From Leucoraja ocellata (lineage: Eukaryota): DNA of 64,000 nt. Under the pieces are notes generated by a model, which had not been told where the DNA came from, ran no database searches, and was given only the letters and a program-made list of their open reading frames with translations. Made by a program: the position numbers and the translations under genes. Shown one piece after another: positions 63,133 through 64,000 of this stretch; the first letter of the stretch is position 1, and every line of letters begins with the position of its first letter. The stretch covers positions 7,378,001 to 7,442,000 of the forward strand of contig JAWMAR010000016.1 of the NCBI GenBank assembly GCA_036785375.1, read 5' to 3'.

Positions 63133-64000
63133 CAAATAACTTTATTGAATGCTGCAGCATTGTCAATGGGCCCGTTCTTGCTCCAAATGTATACGTTTTT
63201 ATACTTCTATGTCTTTGAAACCTCTCTATTTCTTTTCTTGATGAAGAACACTGACATCTTTCTGTACAAGTGAAAAATGTTCATGTTTCCTTTTTTGAAG
63301 AAGGTTTTTCAACCCATCTAGTTCATGCTAGCTACTAGAGCAATCCCATTCTCCTATTCTTTCCCTGCAACCTACTCTCTCCTCTGTGTGCTCATCATCT
63401 CCACCTGATTTAGTTACCACTTACCAAAACTATGGGTAAAAAGACACAAAGTGCTGGAGTAATTCAACAGGTTAAGCAGCATCTCCAGAGAACATGGAAA
63501 GGTGATGTTTTGGGTTGTTACCCTTCTTCAGACAGATTGTTGAGGGGTGGAGGGAGTAGAGGTGGGAAGAAAGCTGGAACAAGAGGAGGGGCAGGTCAAG
63601 GCCTGGAAGATAATGGTTGATGCAGGTGAGGGGTGTGTTTGATTGGTATTTGATTGGTCAAAAGCCAGAGATCAAAAGGCAGAACGTGTGATACAGAAGG
63701 ATGGGAAAAGTTGTGAAATGTGGTTGTATTAGGTAGTTTAGTTTAGTCTAGTTTATTTTTTTGTCATGTGTCATAGATGCGTTTATTATCATAGATGCGG
63801 TCAAAACTTTTGTCAGCGGAAAGACGACACATGAGTCCAATCAAGTCTTCCACAGTGTGGACACACGATAAAGGGAATGATGTTTAGTGCAAGATAAAGT
63901 CCGATTAAACATAGTCTGAGGCTTCCAAGGAGGTAGTAAAAGGTAATTTACAGTTTCCAGTTAATCTACACAACTGGATGTTTCTGGATATAAGATTAAA

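Overview
Repeat-rich vertebrate genomic DNA, most likely from a cartilaginous fish (skate/ray/shark). This is inferred from HE1-type V-SINEs and shark-type CR1 LINEs; the species cannot be determined here. Two host genes can be reconstructed with canonical, phase-consistent splice sites. APOBEC2 is on + (coding exons 14146-14258 and 23943-24477; 215 aa; HAE...PCxxC intact; perfect CArG box in the promoter). OARD1/TARG1 is convergent on - (exons 48921-48930, 46719-46768, 45342-45495, 43828-43886, 40269-40381, 39096-39384; 224 aa including a 62-aa C-terminal extension). APOBEC2 and OARD1 are also neighbours in mammals. Much of the rest is transposon-derived: CR1, Rex/Babar, L1/Tx1 and Hero-like LINE fragments, HE1 SINEs, a full-length but frameshifted IR/DR Tc1 element, PIF/Harbinger-type MITEs and many Penelope-derived pieces. 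The most striking unannotated signal is roughly two dozen copies of a minimal hammerhead-ribozyme motif (CTGAAGA-AGGGTCTCGACCC-GAAACGTC). These sit in short non-coding Penelope pLTR-like units that often form long fold-back palindromes, including an intact sense-strand copy in APOBEC2 intron 1. A speculative in-frame upstream exon chain could add an A1CF/RBM46/DND1-type dsRNA-binding-like segment to OARD1. All coordinates were counted by hand; repeat boundaries are approximate.
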